The translations under genes were made by a program, and so were the position numbers. DNA of 63,154 nucleotides, counting the filler, from Craspedostauros australis (taxonomy: Eukaryota): the NCBI GenBank assembly GCA_030167865.1. It is 5 parts of 5 records of this genome, joined end to end, with 100 filler letters (N's around TTAATTAATTAA, not from the genome) between each part and the next. Parts side by side here need not be neighbours in the genome. Positions count along the whole stretch, not along the records: positions 37,546 to 61,755 come from JALAGF010001424.1; 4 more parts are not named here. One strand, 5' to 3'. Under the pieces are notes generated by a model. That model did not search any database and had not been told where the DNA came from. It saw only the letters and a program-made list of their open reading frames with translations. Every line of letters starts with the position of its first letter. The stretch's first letter is position 1. Of this stretch, positions 46,954 through 61,000 are shown in pieces.

Positions 46954-47634
46954 GCATCCACATTGACAGTGGAAGTCTACATGCTGGGGCCTTCGATGTT
47001 TGCGTCCGAGCAAAGTCGGATTCCCAAACAGAGCAAGTGGCAACATTGAGGATATGCCAACAGCACTTCGGATTTAAATTGTATTATAGGAAAGACCATG
47101 AATTGGAGATGGTAAATGATATACTCTAACATTGTTATGCCTTGTACACTTGTGGAGAGGCAACGCTATGTGCATCCACATTCTGCAGATGTACCTACTT
47201 GTGTGCGTACAAGTAGGTGCACAGTAGCCATGCTGTGGTCGGCAACTTCACAAATAGAGACTTGGCCGCGTCGCGCCTATGGCGTGTTGTCAACCACGAC
47301 AGCAGCGGTGCGGATGATACTCAATACTCGCACCATGCCCTTTCAAAGTCAAAACAGAGCCACCCTACGCACGCACTAGTGCGAGCACAACGAGTGAGTG
47401 AGAGAGAGAAGTATCAGCCAGGCCAACAAGATCTTCGTCGAACCAAATAATGGATAGATCTAATAGAAAAATACCATACCACCCGTATTGCACAGAATCA
47501 GTCTTGGTCGTCGCGATCTCAAGATTTGTGTGGCATGTGCTTGCACTGTTGCCCCTCGTCTCCGAACCGCTCCTCGTTCACTACCATCGGCCCGTGCGTC
47601 TCACCAAAAGTGAATTGCTCGACGCCAGCCTCAG

Positions 47635-50014
47635 CTAGCTCAAGTCCAATCCCCACACTGAGATGACGGAGTCCATGATGACCTTGTGATGAAAGTCTTC
47701 GACAGACTCTGGATCCCACAACGTTCGGTCCGCCATCTTGCGTGTCAGGGGGTACGGGCTCTGGGCCATGGCCTGCTGCTTCTTCTGCCAGTCGGGACTT
47801 TGCTTTGGCATGGGGCTGTCGGTCAGGAGGAAGTCGCCGAGTCTGCTGCGCCACGACTTGATCGTGGTGCCGTCCCATGCCCGTTTCCACGGCGAGTTTT
47901 TGGTGAGACGGCCGGGAAGCACAGTTTCCAACCACGGGGTCTTGGACGACGTGTACACTGTCTCATCGAAATGAGCATTCAGCCGCAGCAAGATCGCCTG
48001 CGCCATCCGTTGCCCGACCTCGCTCTTGAAGAAACCCTGCCGCAGACTGGCGAAGGCAAACATCACTTCTTCGTGCGACAGCTCCAGGGGATCGAACTTG
48101 GCGGATTTTCCTGGCTTGAAGTCCCATTCCAATGCGCGCCTGATGCGGTGGGCTCGTTTGCTCTTCGATGGCTTGGCCATCATGACCCACAGAGCGAAGC
48201 GCTCCAGCCTCTGCAGTTTGCTCTGGAATTCCGGTGGATGCCAGATCTCCAGCTCCTTCGCAAAGTATAGCTGCAGGACGTCAAGTTCGGGGTAGACTTG
48301 CGCCACAGACTGCACGAACGAGAAGCTCGCGACGGCCTGTGGAATACCGCGCTGCTTCATCAGCTCCTTCGTCTCGTCCGTTTTCAAGGAGTTCAGCACC
48401 TTTCTCGCCCTGGCCACCGGCACGACCCAATCCGTGATGGCATTCGCGTACGGTCCGCAACAGAGGTCGCTCGTGGAGAACTCCAGTATCAGTGTGCTGT
48501 TATCAGTCTTGGAGGACGGGCGCTTCCCGAGGACGATTTCGATCGACTCGAAGAATGCAGCCTCCAATGCATCCGGCCCAAAATCATCCACGGCCTTCTG
48601 CCACTGCTCGTCGCCTTCACCGACGTAACCGCTTTTCATGGTGGACAGCACCAGTCGGCGGTACGTTGCGATGCGCTCGGCGCTTGTCATTTTCGTCGCG
48701 CTTGTGTTCATCACGGCGGCTGTGTCTATCTTGATGGTTTGGATGTTCAATGGCAACGATGATGCTGGAATCTTGTCTTTGTCGTGCGCATCTTCGGAGT
48801 CGGTCACGATCGTCTCATTGCTGCCTGCCCCTGCGGTCGTTGTTGACGAGGCGTTCTTCGCTGTCTCATTATTGTCGCTGTCGCTGTCGCTGTCGTCTTC
48901 TTCTGCGACGACATCGATGATGACATTAGAGGAAGCATCGATCTCAGTGTCTGCGGCATCCACGATCTTCAAGGGCGTGGCATCGCCTGAATCGCGTGCC
49001 GAGTCTTCGCTGCCTGCCTCCCCGATCGAGGCGACATGTGCTTCAGCAATGCGGATGGCGTCTTCAGTGGACATGGTGGCGGGATCCTTTGCTTCTGCAT
49101 CATTATCATCCCCATAGGTGGCATCCTTACCTTCTTGATGTGCGGCTACCCCATCGACATTCTCGATGACCACATCACTCGCCACATCGTCGGGATCCTC
49201 GTTGGTGTCCACTTCGATTACCGCATCAACAACCGCGCGCTGTGATTTGCGTTTGGTCGAGGCGGGCAAAATTGGATCGTCGTCTTCTGTCAATTTCTTT
49301 TTCTCTGCATTCTCACTCTTCTCACTGTCATCGTTGTCAATCTTCGACTTCCTCTTTGCGGTTGTCTTGGATGCTACGCTTGTTGCTTTTGCTGCGATCT
49401 TTTTCTTCCCACGGCCCGCTGCTGTTGTTTTCTTTGCTGCCTTCTTGGGCTTCGCGGTCGCCTCGTCATCGCCTATACCGTCGTTGCTGACAGGGGCATC
49501 CCCAAAGATATCAGCAAAGAGGTCTGCGGTTGAATCCTCCATCTCCTCGCCCCATGGGTCGTCGATGCTGTCAGTGGCGTTCGCAAAGATATCAGGAAAG
49601 ATGAACTCGTTGGAAAATACCTTCACCTCGCTGCGTATTGCTTTCGCTACGGTCTTTCTGGTCCCAGGGCCCGCCGTTTTCTTGTTCTTTGCTGCTTTCG
49701 TGGACTTAGCAGTCGCCTCATCGTCGCTTGGACCGTCGTTGCTGACAGTGTCATTCTCAAAGAGAGACTCAAACATGTTCTCATCGGAATAAATTGTCGC
49801 CTCGCCGCGTCCGTGGGCTTCATCCCGACGGAGGCGATCCCGCAGTTCCTTGTCCTTGTCCAATTCGGCTTGTAATTCCTTCTGTCTGTTTGCCGTCACT
49901 CTTCTCTTTTTTGTTTTCGTTTCAGTCTCCGCTTCCTCTATCAGGTCGTCCAACGTTGTTTCTATTCCTAAACTGTCGGTAGCATCCTCTTCCTCGATCT
50001 CGTTTACTCCATCA

Positions 50015-50058
<44 letters not shown>

Positions 50059-51399
50059 CTCTTCTTCTTTGGTTACTTTGATTCTGTCTTCCTCCTGGGC
50101 CCCCATCCACACCTGATTCCAAGACAGCGCGACCTGCGGCATGTGTCCCGTTTCTTTGTACTGTGCCATCGCTTTCTCCACCTTGTCCGCGCGGCGTTTG
50201 TTGAACAAAGCCACCGAACGCGGGACGCCGGATGGCAACGTGACGAGCCACACGCACGGTATGTTCATCATGGTGTCGAAGATCTCCCAAATCTCGTCGC
50301 GCGGCGTCTCGCGCAATATCGATTCGAATTCCTTCTGAACCACCTCGTAGGCCATGAGGTCTGATGCTTCACGTACATGCGGCGACTCAAAGTCCAACCA
50401 CGCGTTTTCGATGGGCTGCGTCTGCTGCGTATAGACGGAGAGTCGCGGCAGATATCGGCACTTCGCGCGAAAGGAGTACGGCACGAGGTAGTTGACGATC
50501 TCCTGCAATTCCTCCTTGTCGGCGTCGTGGGCATCGCGCAAGGCGTTGTGCATCGCCACGAGGAGGAGCTGGATGGTGAGCAGCCGCTGCAGTCCGTCGT
50601 GTATCTCATAGACCGTGCAGCCTTGTCCCATGTCCTTCTGCTGCGCTTCCGACTTGAGCGGTATCGATTGGATGGTGATGGTTCCCAGCTGTAACGAAAA
50701 TTTGTCGGAGGCAACTTTCGCCATAATTTCGAGCTCGGTCCAATCCTTGTGCGAGTTCTGTGTCTTCGTCGCCTTGAGGAGCTCATGTTGGACGATGAGC
50801 GATCTCCAAAAGGCCTGGGCGTTCTCCGGTGTCCACGTGTAGAGCTCCGGTTTCTTCGCCCTCTGGTACCTCGTCTGCAAGATATACTCTCTGTGGGAAT
50901 TGTAGATCTTGCCGAGGTTGATCCACTCCAACTGGGGGGCATTTTGGTTGATTGGTTCGCCCGCGAAGACGAGAGGTGCCATGCTGCGCGTGAGCAAGCT
51001 GGGGCGGCATTGCACGGACCTACCAGACGAGGCGGATGATGGGCACGGCTGCGTTGCTGACGACTCACGAACGAGGCCTTGCGGGCCAAAGTGATGGCCG
51101 CGATGCTGCGGATGCATGTGGAAGGCAGACACAGACACGACCGCAGGTAGGAGTGCGAAGGATCGCCTCGCGAACGCGTTCGGATGCTGGCAAAGAGCAA
51201 GGACAGCGATCAAGGCAAGCAATCGCACAGCCGCCTTGACGGTTGCTGACCTCCGTGTTGTCGGCGACGTCGCTCGTGCTGCCGAAGCCTCATGGCATGT
51301 CTGCGCTTGCATGATGGCAGCAGCAGCAGCAGTAGTCGTTGGAGGCAGCTCTCTGGCCGATTTCTTCAGGCCGCAATCGTTCGCTTGCTCCATCTTCAT
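47635..51399 (-). CDS. GmrSD-like protein (DUF262 + DUF1524/HNH) with a long acidic insertion and degenerate catalytic motifs; putative bipartite targeting peptide
   Basis: RYQR…YTW, LGTI, EIHDGLQRLLTIQLL (DUF262 DGQQR-like). C-terminus ILLRLN…LETVLP…W…RLGDFLL…SPYPLT…WDPE…VWGL (DUF1524-like). Hydrophobic leader ending VSAF. Start uncertain; the ORF is open to 51828. Confidence 0.8.
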
Positions 51400-54072
51400 C
51401 GCGGCTCTGTTGCCGGATTGCGTTGCTGTTCTCTCTGCACTGCTGTCTGTTGGGAGGTCTCCGTACGAGCAGGCATCTGCCTTGGCATGTGCGGAAGCTA
51501 ACATGGTTGGTGCCACGGGCGACTTTGGGCGTTGTTCCACGCTCCACGACAATCTGCTTGGGAACGTGAGAAGAGCACGAGTTGGTCGGCCCTGGACGTA
51601 TCCGTGCAGAGAGCAGTGGCGCCATCGGCAACCGTCGCAAGCCTCTCTGCTGCGGTATCTTCGGTGCGCTGCTGCTCTGTGATGCGTGGTTCTGTGTGTG
51701 GTCATCATCTGCTTGGCTGATTGACGCCAAAGATCTCCTTGCTGGTTCCCAATCGATTTGCGACCAATCAGAACCAACCATTGGGCGTTATGTGGCGTTA
51801 TACACCAAGATTTGAACACTTGCGACACATGGCAGACGTCATGTCACAACCAACCACCAAATCTGGCACGATCAGCGCACTCTAGTCAGTCTAGAGCACT
51901 TCGCATGGTACCACGCATCCGAGTATAGTAGATCGTACTCCATGGCCATGGAACAGTCTCCATCACACGCCCATTGTGTTCTATAATACTTGCACATGTT
52001 ATTGGTCGTACGAGTACCACGATCAGGAATTGCACATTGGTTAGGGGGAACTAATGGTCTCTACGAGTGGAGTATGGGAGGTTTACCTGCCCCCACCTGA
52101 AAGGATTGCCCCGCCCTTCTCCACGAAGCGTTCGTATCCACATTCACATCATGGGTCCATAGGTAGTGCTCTCTTGAGAGAAAGTTGTTGGGATCCCATG
52201 TACTTGTAGTCGTACGAGTACGGTGTCACCTCCCTCTTTCTCTGAAGGGCAACCTTCGCACACAATAGGTCGCATAATACCGTACCATACATGTCTGTAC
52301 GAGCTCCACGATTCGGCATCAGAGTGGAGCACAAGACAAACAGGCAACGCGCCATGCCGTGTGCCCAAGTATTGCAACCACACAGGCGCAACTTGGGGCC
52401 GCCATCCTCATCCACAACACCAAAGATTGCGAGATACATGGACCTCGTCATCGACGTCAACGACCATCACACATGACAACGAAGACTCAGGCTATTCGCA
52501 GCTCGTGCATCTATGAGACATCACCAGCTCTTGCGGTCTTTCACGTCCGAGAAGAATTGCAGTTCCTCCCTCTCTTGAAGTATCTTGTGCACCCACGAGC
52601 TACATGTTGCGTAGATAGTCGTACGCACCCCGCATTCCGCACCAATCAGCCATGGGGCAAACGCGTTTCGAAGCCGCGTCCACAAGCGCAATCGCCGCAG
52701 TGGTCACGAACATGGAAAGGAAGGTTCGTTGTGGTAGTGTTGGGCTGCACGAACGGAGAATGCCGCCATGGTTGTTCCTCTCGCACACATTGTTTCTCCA
52801 GTACTTATGGTTTCTATTTGTCCGATGTGTGTGCTCAGTTTGTCCTACTCGCACAGTGTCACTGGAGCCTTTGTTGCCCTTGCGCTTCTTTGTGCTCCTT
52901 GTTGTCCCCCAGAACACATTTCTTCATCCCATCGCGTCCAACCATGTTTGCCACGTTGACGTCAGAGGACGCAATCGCCCGACCATTTCCACTCGACCAC
53001 TTCGACCGTTGACACGTCAGAACAAATCGGTTTTGGACCAATCGTATCGGGCGAATTCAAAACGCTTTCTGCACCTCCAGCTTTCGCCATCAGCAGAAAA
53101 GTCACAAGGCCGAGTCCATGCAGCTTTGTGGCGGACAAATTGTTCGCTCAGACACAAACGCTCATCACCACGAAGAAGAATGTGCAAAGCTGAAATCGTC
53201 CGCAAGGGGAATGAATGGAACGCTTTCGTTTGCGTCATCGCTGTCAGCATTGCGTTCGGCGCTTGAGGGCGGTGATTCATTTCGTTGTCGACCAGCACTG
53301 TCAACATCGTCATTCGCACAACGATCACAGTCATCGTTCACAGCCGCGTCCGACCAACCAACACACTGCCATAGATCGTACTTTGTTGTCAAGAGGCCAT
53401 CAACATCATAGTCAACATCGCAGTCCGCATCGCAGTCCGCATAACATCACATCACAAGACAACACAACACATCACAACTACTGGGAAGAATCAATCACAA
53501 AGCACAGAGGTTCGTTGCCATCGACATCATCGCCATCGCTGTCATCATCATCATCTTCTTCTTCTTCAGTATCACTGTGATTGTCGCCGCTATTAACAAA
53601 CCCAACCCAAACAAACAGAAACGACAACAGCGACAGCAGCTGCAACTCCAATCGCGACATCCATTTCACCGATTCGTGCTCTCGGAAATTCCCGATCATC
53701 ACGCACAAGGCAAGCATACAGACATCAAGTTCAAGAAGGTTAACGAAGGACAGCAAACAGAGAGGCAGCGCGAAGCAAGTCCCCGAATCAAGGAGCACAA
53801 GGGCCATTGGATCAGCCTATCCGCTTTCCTGTCGATTTCCAGAGCGAGCATCTCCGAACAACCAAACAACGGCAAAGATCCATCTGCACGATCTCAATCG
53901 AGCAGTGGAGAGACGACGTTGAAGCTTCATCTCGGAACGAGGTGCAAATCAGTTTTGCAAATCCCACAAATACAAACGAAGCGCAAGCAAGAAAGCATTG
54001 GATCGGGCGTTCTGCATCCCATACAAACTCACATACTCTGCACACATTTCATACAAGGCCAACTTTGACATC

Positions 54073-55002
54073 ATGGTTGCTGACATGAGCTACCACACCG
54101 TCGCGAACGTGATCGAGAGCTGGGAATTGATCCGACGCATGCCCAAGTAAGTGCCAGAACATGTCATCGTGCACTGTATTGGAGTGGTAGCATGGCGGCG
54201 GTAGCTACGTTGCTGCTGCTGTTGCTGCTGCTGCATGATCATCCCTTGCATGGCAGGAGAAATTGGGAAAGGGAGTGACTGTTGCGCGGTTGTTCTGCCG
54301 CTCACCTTGGGAAATCATCGTCCAGTGTACCATGTTGTTAGTACTCGTGTCATCTCTAACCAAACCACCCACTATTTTTGTCTAACTCTAACATTCCACG
54401 TCTCTTGTGTACTCACGCTCGACAGCTACGAACAGCGGATAGGGACAGCTCTGTTTCAGAAGTAAGTTCGCTGTTATCTTTCGCTGGACGCAGACGGAAG
54501 CGCCAACGCAGTTGCAAGTGCAATTTCGACAATATTTGACTGCAGCATCATTCTAACACCTACCACCTCGCCATCTCCGTCTTCCCTTCACCCCCTCATA
54601 CGATGCCATACCACACGACGTCGCCGCAGACTGTTTGCCATGGAACCGGAATCCAAAGTAATCTTCGGCTTTCAAAAGGACATGGATCCGAAATCAGATC
54701 TGGTCGTCAGCAGCCCGCGATTCGTCAAACACGCGCAGTACTTCATCCAAATGATCGACAAGGCCCTCAGCCTGCTGGGACCGGATATTGACATCCTCAC
54801 CGAAATATTGTTGGAACTTGGCGCCAATCACGTGCGATACGGCGTCAAGCTGGAGTACTACCCCAGCATGGGACGCGCACTCATCGATTCGGTCGAGGAA
54901 GCGCTGGGTGATCAATTCACGACTCCCATCAAGAACGATTGGGTCGAAGTGTACGGGGCGCTGTCCTACGACATGATCCGAGCGCAGAAGCTCAGCAAAT
55001 GA
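54073..55002 (+). CDS. Single-domain neuroglobin-like globin, 160 aa; 3 exons (54073-54146, 54426-54461, 54630-55002)
   Basis: Spliced product MVADMSYHTVANVIESWELIRRMPNYEQRIGTALFQKLFAMEPESKVIFGF…RFVKHA…LGANHVRYGV…W.EVY contains A12 W, B10 F, CD1 F, E7 His, F8 His. Both GTAAGT…CAG introns preserve the frame. Confidence 0.92.
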
Positions 55003-58000
55003 TCGCTGCTGCAAATCACGAATTGATCGACAACGCGTGGCGCAGTGCAACGCGCATTCGGTTGTGATGATTCTGCAGAAGCATTGCGAAGCAATACCGC
55101 TATACGCCTCCTCCTTCGCACTTCAAGCCAGGTCGACAAATGGAGAAGGCGGCCAGGGTCGCCCAGGAGGCACTTGATGTTGACACCCAAATCCCAACGA
55201 GAATGAAAAAGTCCACACATTGCACAAAACAAGACCTCCATTTGGTGTGGTTCCGCAGGAACACGGGTATAGGACATGAACGAGGTTCTTTTGCGAACCA
55301 GAATCCGGGAGAAGAACAGGTGGACCGATTGCGATGCGGATGTCCCAAGTCCAATTGGCCGCTGCCGATTGGCTGCCACGATCAACTGGGGTCCGATCTG
55401 GAGACTAATCTCGTTGCGTTCTTCTGGCTGCCTTGTGCTGGTTCGGGCGGCTCCATTGTGCCATTGAGGCTCTCCACATACTCGCATGGTACGCCACATG
55501 GTCTCGGAGGACGACATGAACAGCACGGCCACGCCGAGCGAAGTGCCACTGTAAATATGCCAATAGAGAGCGTTCATTCTACATGTCCCAACATGGCCAA
55601 ATGAGAGTATTGGGTCGTAGAGTCTTCTGCACGCGCCGTTCGCAGCACTCTGCGATAGCTCCATTCACTTTCATTGACTTGTTCTTCATGCATGCGATGC
55701 GGAATCGTATAGAATCCCAAACACCATCACATGCTCGTCCCCAAGACATTATTCACATGGTTCGCGGGTTGAAAAGGACAGCAACAAGCAATCCATGAAT
55801 GTAGACATGGACATAGACGTTGGGATCTGGAGGATGCTTGCGATCCGTGTCGGGCCACAGTGATGGTCAACCGCGACCTCCTCACATGACTCTTCGCGCA
55901 CTGTTGTGTGTTGCGAACTGTGTACACCGTCGCAAAATCAATCCTCCGTGGACCACCCACCTTGATTCACATGTTCCTCTTTGCGCACAAGAACAACTCC
56001 CAACCACGAGTACTTGTGTCCATGCGAGCAACCCTGTGGGGATCTCCGTTTTGAAAGCTCCTCATGCCAGTGAGCGCAGCAGAGGAGTCTTGATTGTATC
56101 ATGGTGGCGCAGCGCAACAAGACGCCTCTGCCTCGCGAGAGGCGGATCGATAATTCTCTCTTCTGCTACGTCCGGCTACTTGCGCTCGTCTCCAATTCTC
56201 GCTCTCGCACCGTACGACACTCACGTGTACGACCTGCCCGACACTTCGCAGATGGTCGACCATCGCAGCCAATTGTGGCGTCTGGTGGAACGCAAGAACG
56301 ACCTCCACACGAGACGGAGGGAATCGGCGCGTACACCGCAGGACACCTTCGCTGCGACGCTTCCTTGCATTGCGGATTCGAACATGCGAGGATTCTCTCC
56401 ACTCCACTCTGCTCCCGGGTTGTCCGGCGACTAGGACCTGGGCAGATTTCCGAAATCGATGACGATCGTTTGTGCCATAGGTCGTACACGTACAATACGT
56501 GGAGTCGTACGTCTGGAAGAGCATCACTCCAAAGTCAAGTACCACAATCTGGAGAGAAAGAATGACGTCCATGGAGGCCCTTCTGCCCAGCTTCACTCTG
56601 TCGAAACGTCATGGGCACAGGCTACTTGTTGATCTGTCGTTGTGGTTGTCCACAATCACTCGCTCGCCCATCTGCGGGAGAAACAGTCACGTCGCGTCGC
56701 GTCGCGTCGCGCGCAGGTCCTTGATCGTGCTTGCACGCGTTTACGACGTCGAGTCTGATGGGTGACGCTGGGATGAATGCAGACAGCGATTGCACTTGCA
56801 GATGGAGGGTCCCCAGATATTGTGCATCTACGAGCGAGCATCCATGGCTCGTGCCCGTCCCGGACGTTCCGAACGGGTTGATCCAATTGCTTCACTCCAG
56901 TCGTAACTTCTCTCTGTTTTCTGTCCACACCCAACCCTCACTTTTTGGTCCATCGTCGGTTGGTCTCGTGGCAAGAACCTGGAGGTTGGTGTCAACGACA
57001 ACGAACCCACCACGCACGAACCAGAGTCACTCAGTCCAGAAAGCGGTTTTGACAGATGCACAACGTTGAAGTGACAAATTGTTGCTGGGAGAAAGAACCC
57101 GTGCTATTGGGCGCGCAGGATAGCAAACAGGCACTGCGCATGTGAATTGTTCGGATTTGTGCACTTGTTGGGGTCTGAATGTCACCACGCCAAGTGAAAA
57201 GCGTCACTGTGGCATAATGATTGCTTCTTCATGACTTGCGATTTATCGTCTGTGAAGCACAAACAGATGACCAGGTGATCCTTCCCGCGAAAAGTGGACG
57301 CGTTTCGCACAACGTGTTGGCGAAAATACTCGCGAATTATTTTTTGACGCCACGACAAGTCATCTGCGCTCATTGTACGCGCCAACCCAGTCACATAAAT
57401 TGCATCGCTCCGCAATCTCTTGTTGTCCCCTCTATCTCATACCCATCCCTCGAGTGTTCCCACTCATAAAAGGACAAAGTACACCAATCGTTGCTCCACT
57501 CCCATTCCTCGTTGACACAAAGGCAGAGACGGTGACGAAGACAGAGCGGCAAGAAGCAGAAGGTACGTCGGTGAGAGAGTACAGCGGTATCTGGCTTTCG
57601 CTTTCCCCGCTTTTATCGATTGTGGATACAGTACGTGCGTGGAAGCCGATGCCCAACCTGCTCATCCTTCAGCGGTTGCAAGATGCTCGTGGCGGCTGCC
57701 CCCAATGGTGAAGCCGTGCCTACCTTCAGCTTTCTCACATGCAGCAGTTCTCTCTCCATCGGTTCTACTCTGCCCTGCTCCGTTCTGCACCGCTGCAACA
57801 CAATCAGTTGGTGCTCTGGCTTGTCAAAACAGAGCAAAAGATCATCAGCTCACTCTGGCCTCCGTGTTTGGGTCAACGGTTGGCATCATCCTCCAACAGT
57901 CGACTGTGCACACTTTCGAACTCGCCGTTTCCAGCAACACCGTAGCGGTCATCTTCACCCTTCCGTCCGGCATCGTCTACCCGTGTTCGTGTTCATCCCT

Positions 58001-58062
58001 GCACTTTGACAAAGGTAATTGCAACCGCAACTGCAGGTGCAACTGAGACCACCGATCCAACA

Positions 58063-61000
58063 ATGGTCGGCTACACGACGCAATCGACCGCGAGCAACGG
58101 CAGTGCCGTCGGAAAGTATGGCGACGACAGCGATAAAGACAGCAGCGATGGAGCGCTGAGCCAGTCAGTCAGCGGCATCTCCGACGAGCAATCCGCCACT
58201 GGGAATTCAATCGGATGGAGCAGTTCCGCGTCTTCACAGCGCGGTGGTGCAAAGAAGCAACCGCGTTCGGCCAAGGAAACCGAAATTGCAGCAGAGGAAG
58301 CCAGGGCAGTGTTTTGGTCCAAGATATGCATGCTCTCGTTGCTGCTCGTATCTGCCGGCATCGCCAGCGGCCTCGCTTTCCACTTCGCCAGGGAGGCGGA
58401 GACATCCGATTTCGAACTTCAGGTAAGCGCCGGTATCCTTCGGCCATCATTCCACGATGCTGCATGAATCCGTACGTCCATCTCCATCCTCTTTTTCATT
58501 CGTCACCATCGCACTTCACTCACTCACGATGCCGCACACTCGCATTCCATGACCGCGCTCCTGATGCGTTCTCCACTCTGCGACATCACGTCCCACCGCG
58601 ATGTACCACCCTTGTACTCGCTCTCATACCCGTACTGACACTTATGTTTAGTTCCACGACTACGCCAACGAAATCGAGTATGTCACGAAGCAAAACCTCC
58701 AGAATGCGCTGGATCTGATTGCAGGCCTTGGAGACTCCGTCACGTCTTACGATCTGAGCAAGACCAGCAACACGACGTTCCCCTTCGTGACGATCCCGCA
58801 CTTCGAAATCCGGGGACGCAACTACAGACACGTCTCAGGTGCTCTCATGGTTGGATTCGCGCCAACCGTCAATCTCGACCAGCTCAGCCGATGGTCCGAC
58901 TACTCGGTGAACAATCAAGGCTGGATCCAGGAGTCGCTTGACCTCGAGAATGACACGAAGAGCAGAGAAATGACCCCGACACCTATCCATGAGTCTATCT
59001 TTGACGTGAAGAATGAAGGTCGTTTCGTCGATTCTCCTCCAAGGGAGACTCACTGTCCTCTGTGGCAGCAAAGCCCACCACCTCGGAGCGAGAACTTCAT
59101 CAATTCGGATCTCTGCTCTTACGACGTCATAGCCGATGTCTTCGAGGCGTCCAAACAAACGCAGCGCCCGGCGTTGTCGGAGGTTTCGGATCCAACGACC
59201 ATCTTTGGCCTCGAAGCCCTGGGTAAAGACAAAGACAAAATTGTCGTGATACACCCAAAGAGCATCCTTGTCGAGCCAGTCTTCGATCGATTTCACGATG
59301 CTGGCAAGCAAGTCGTGGGAATGCTCGTCGCCGTCATCCCCTGGGAGCTTTACTTCACGAACGTCATCCAGGAAAACTCCAAGGGTATCATCGCAGTGCT
59401 CGGAAGCTCCTGCGGCGATAGATTCTCCTTCCAGATTGATGGCCCCAACGTGTCTTATCTCGGCTTGGGCGACTTTCATTCCGAGGAGTACACCGACATG
59501 GGGCATGTGACCACCTTCACCGATGAGCAGCTGCTAGAGACGGAGCGGACCACCGTGGGCGGCAAGACCTGCATCTACACGCTGAATCTGTACCCATCGG
59601 AGGAGATGGAGAAATCGTATCGCACGGATACGCCAGTGTTCCTAGCTACTGCCGTCGCGGCCTTGTTCATCTTCACCATGGCCGTGTTCCTTGGGTACGA
59701 CTTCTTGGTACAACGACGCCAAAGCAAGGTCCAAAATGCAGCCGTCAAATCCAACGCCATCGTTTCCTCCCTCTTCCCAGCAAAGGTCCGGGAACGGCTG
59801 ATGCAGGAGAAGGAGCAGATGATGACATCCGAGCCGCACGATGGCGCCATCAACCTGCACACGCAAGGCAAGCTCCAGTCGAAGGGCCCCGTCGACCCCA
59901 ACCGCCAGCTCTTTCATGAGACAAGCACCTCACCGACCCCGTCGTTGGATGGCGTGTTCTACGAAACCAAGCCCATCGCGGATCTCTTCCCCAACACAAC
60001 AGTCCTCTTCTCCGACATCGTAAAATTCACGGCGTGGAGCTCCGTCCGTGAACCGACGCAGGTCTTCATGCTTCTTGAGACCGTGTACCGCGCATTCGAC
60101 ACGATCGCGAACAAGCGCGGAGTCTTCAAAGTCGAGACGATCGGGGACTGCTACGTCGCCGTGGCTGGACTTCCAGAACCAAGGGATGACCATGCCGTCA
60201 TCATGGCACGCTTTGCCAACGATTGCATGAAGAAGATGAACGAGCTGTCGAAGATGCTCGAAGTGACGTTGGGACCTGACACCGGCGACCTCATGATGAG
60301 AATGGGCCTGCACTCGGGACCAGTCACAGCTGGAGTCCTCCGCGGCGACAAGTCCAGATTCCAGCTGTTCGGCGATACCGTCAACACAGCAGCTCGAGTC
60401 GAGGCCACCGGTGCGCGCGGTCGCATCCACCTGTCGGAAAGCACAGCCAATCTGCTCATCGCTGCAGGTAAGAAGGCCTGGATCATGCCGCGAGACGAGA
60501 CCGTTGTTGCCAAAGGCAAGGGGGCCATTACAACTTTCTGGCTTCAATCCAAGGACACGGCGGAGAGAACCGGAGATTCCATCACCGAAGCCACGAGCAC
60601 GGCTGGCGCAGACCAACAATCAAACATCCCCGGTGCGTCGGGTCATGGCATGACGGCATGCCAACAGAGCAGCCCAGCTGCCGTTAGCCTTCCATCTACA
60701 CCGCCCATCTTGAGACAGTCCCAGAGCGCGATGGACAAGCTCCCAAGATACCTCCAAAGCACACCCAAACAGCAACGTTTGGTTAAATGGAACGTCGACA
60801 TCCTTGCCAGATTGTTGCTGGTGATGATCGAGAAGCGCCAGCCGACTTCCACGAATCGTTCCGTTGATGGGTCCCTCGCCAACACGGAGGAGATGATCTG
60901 TCAAAGGAGCTACCCCTTGAATGAGGTCGTAGAGTTCGTGAGTCTCCCAGGATTTTCAAAGAACCGCAACTCGATCAAGTCTTTCAAGAACATCGCTCCG

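Noticed and set aside
50010..50060. (TCG)n repeat
   Set aside because: Ordinary poly-Asp coding microsatellite inside the GmrSD-like ORF.
52944..53411. Two in-frame short ORFs separated by one TGA (possible readthrough or selenocysteine)
   Set aside because: No recognisable protein family, redox motif or SECIS evidence; likely chance.
55003..58060. Several 100-230 aa ORFs between the globin and the cyclase
   Set aside because: No motifs or coding-like composition recognised.
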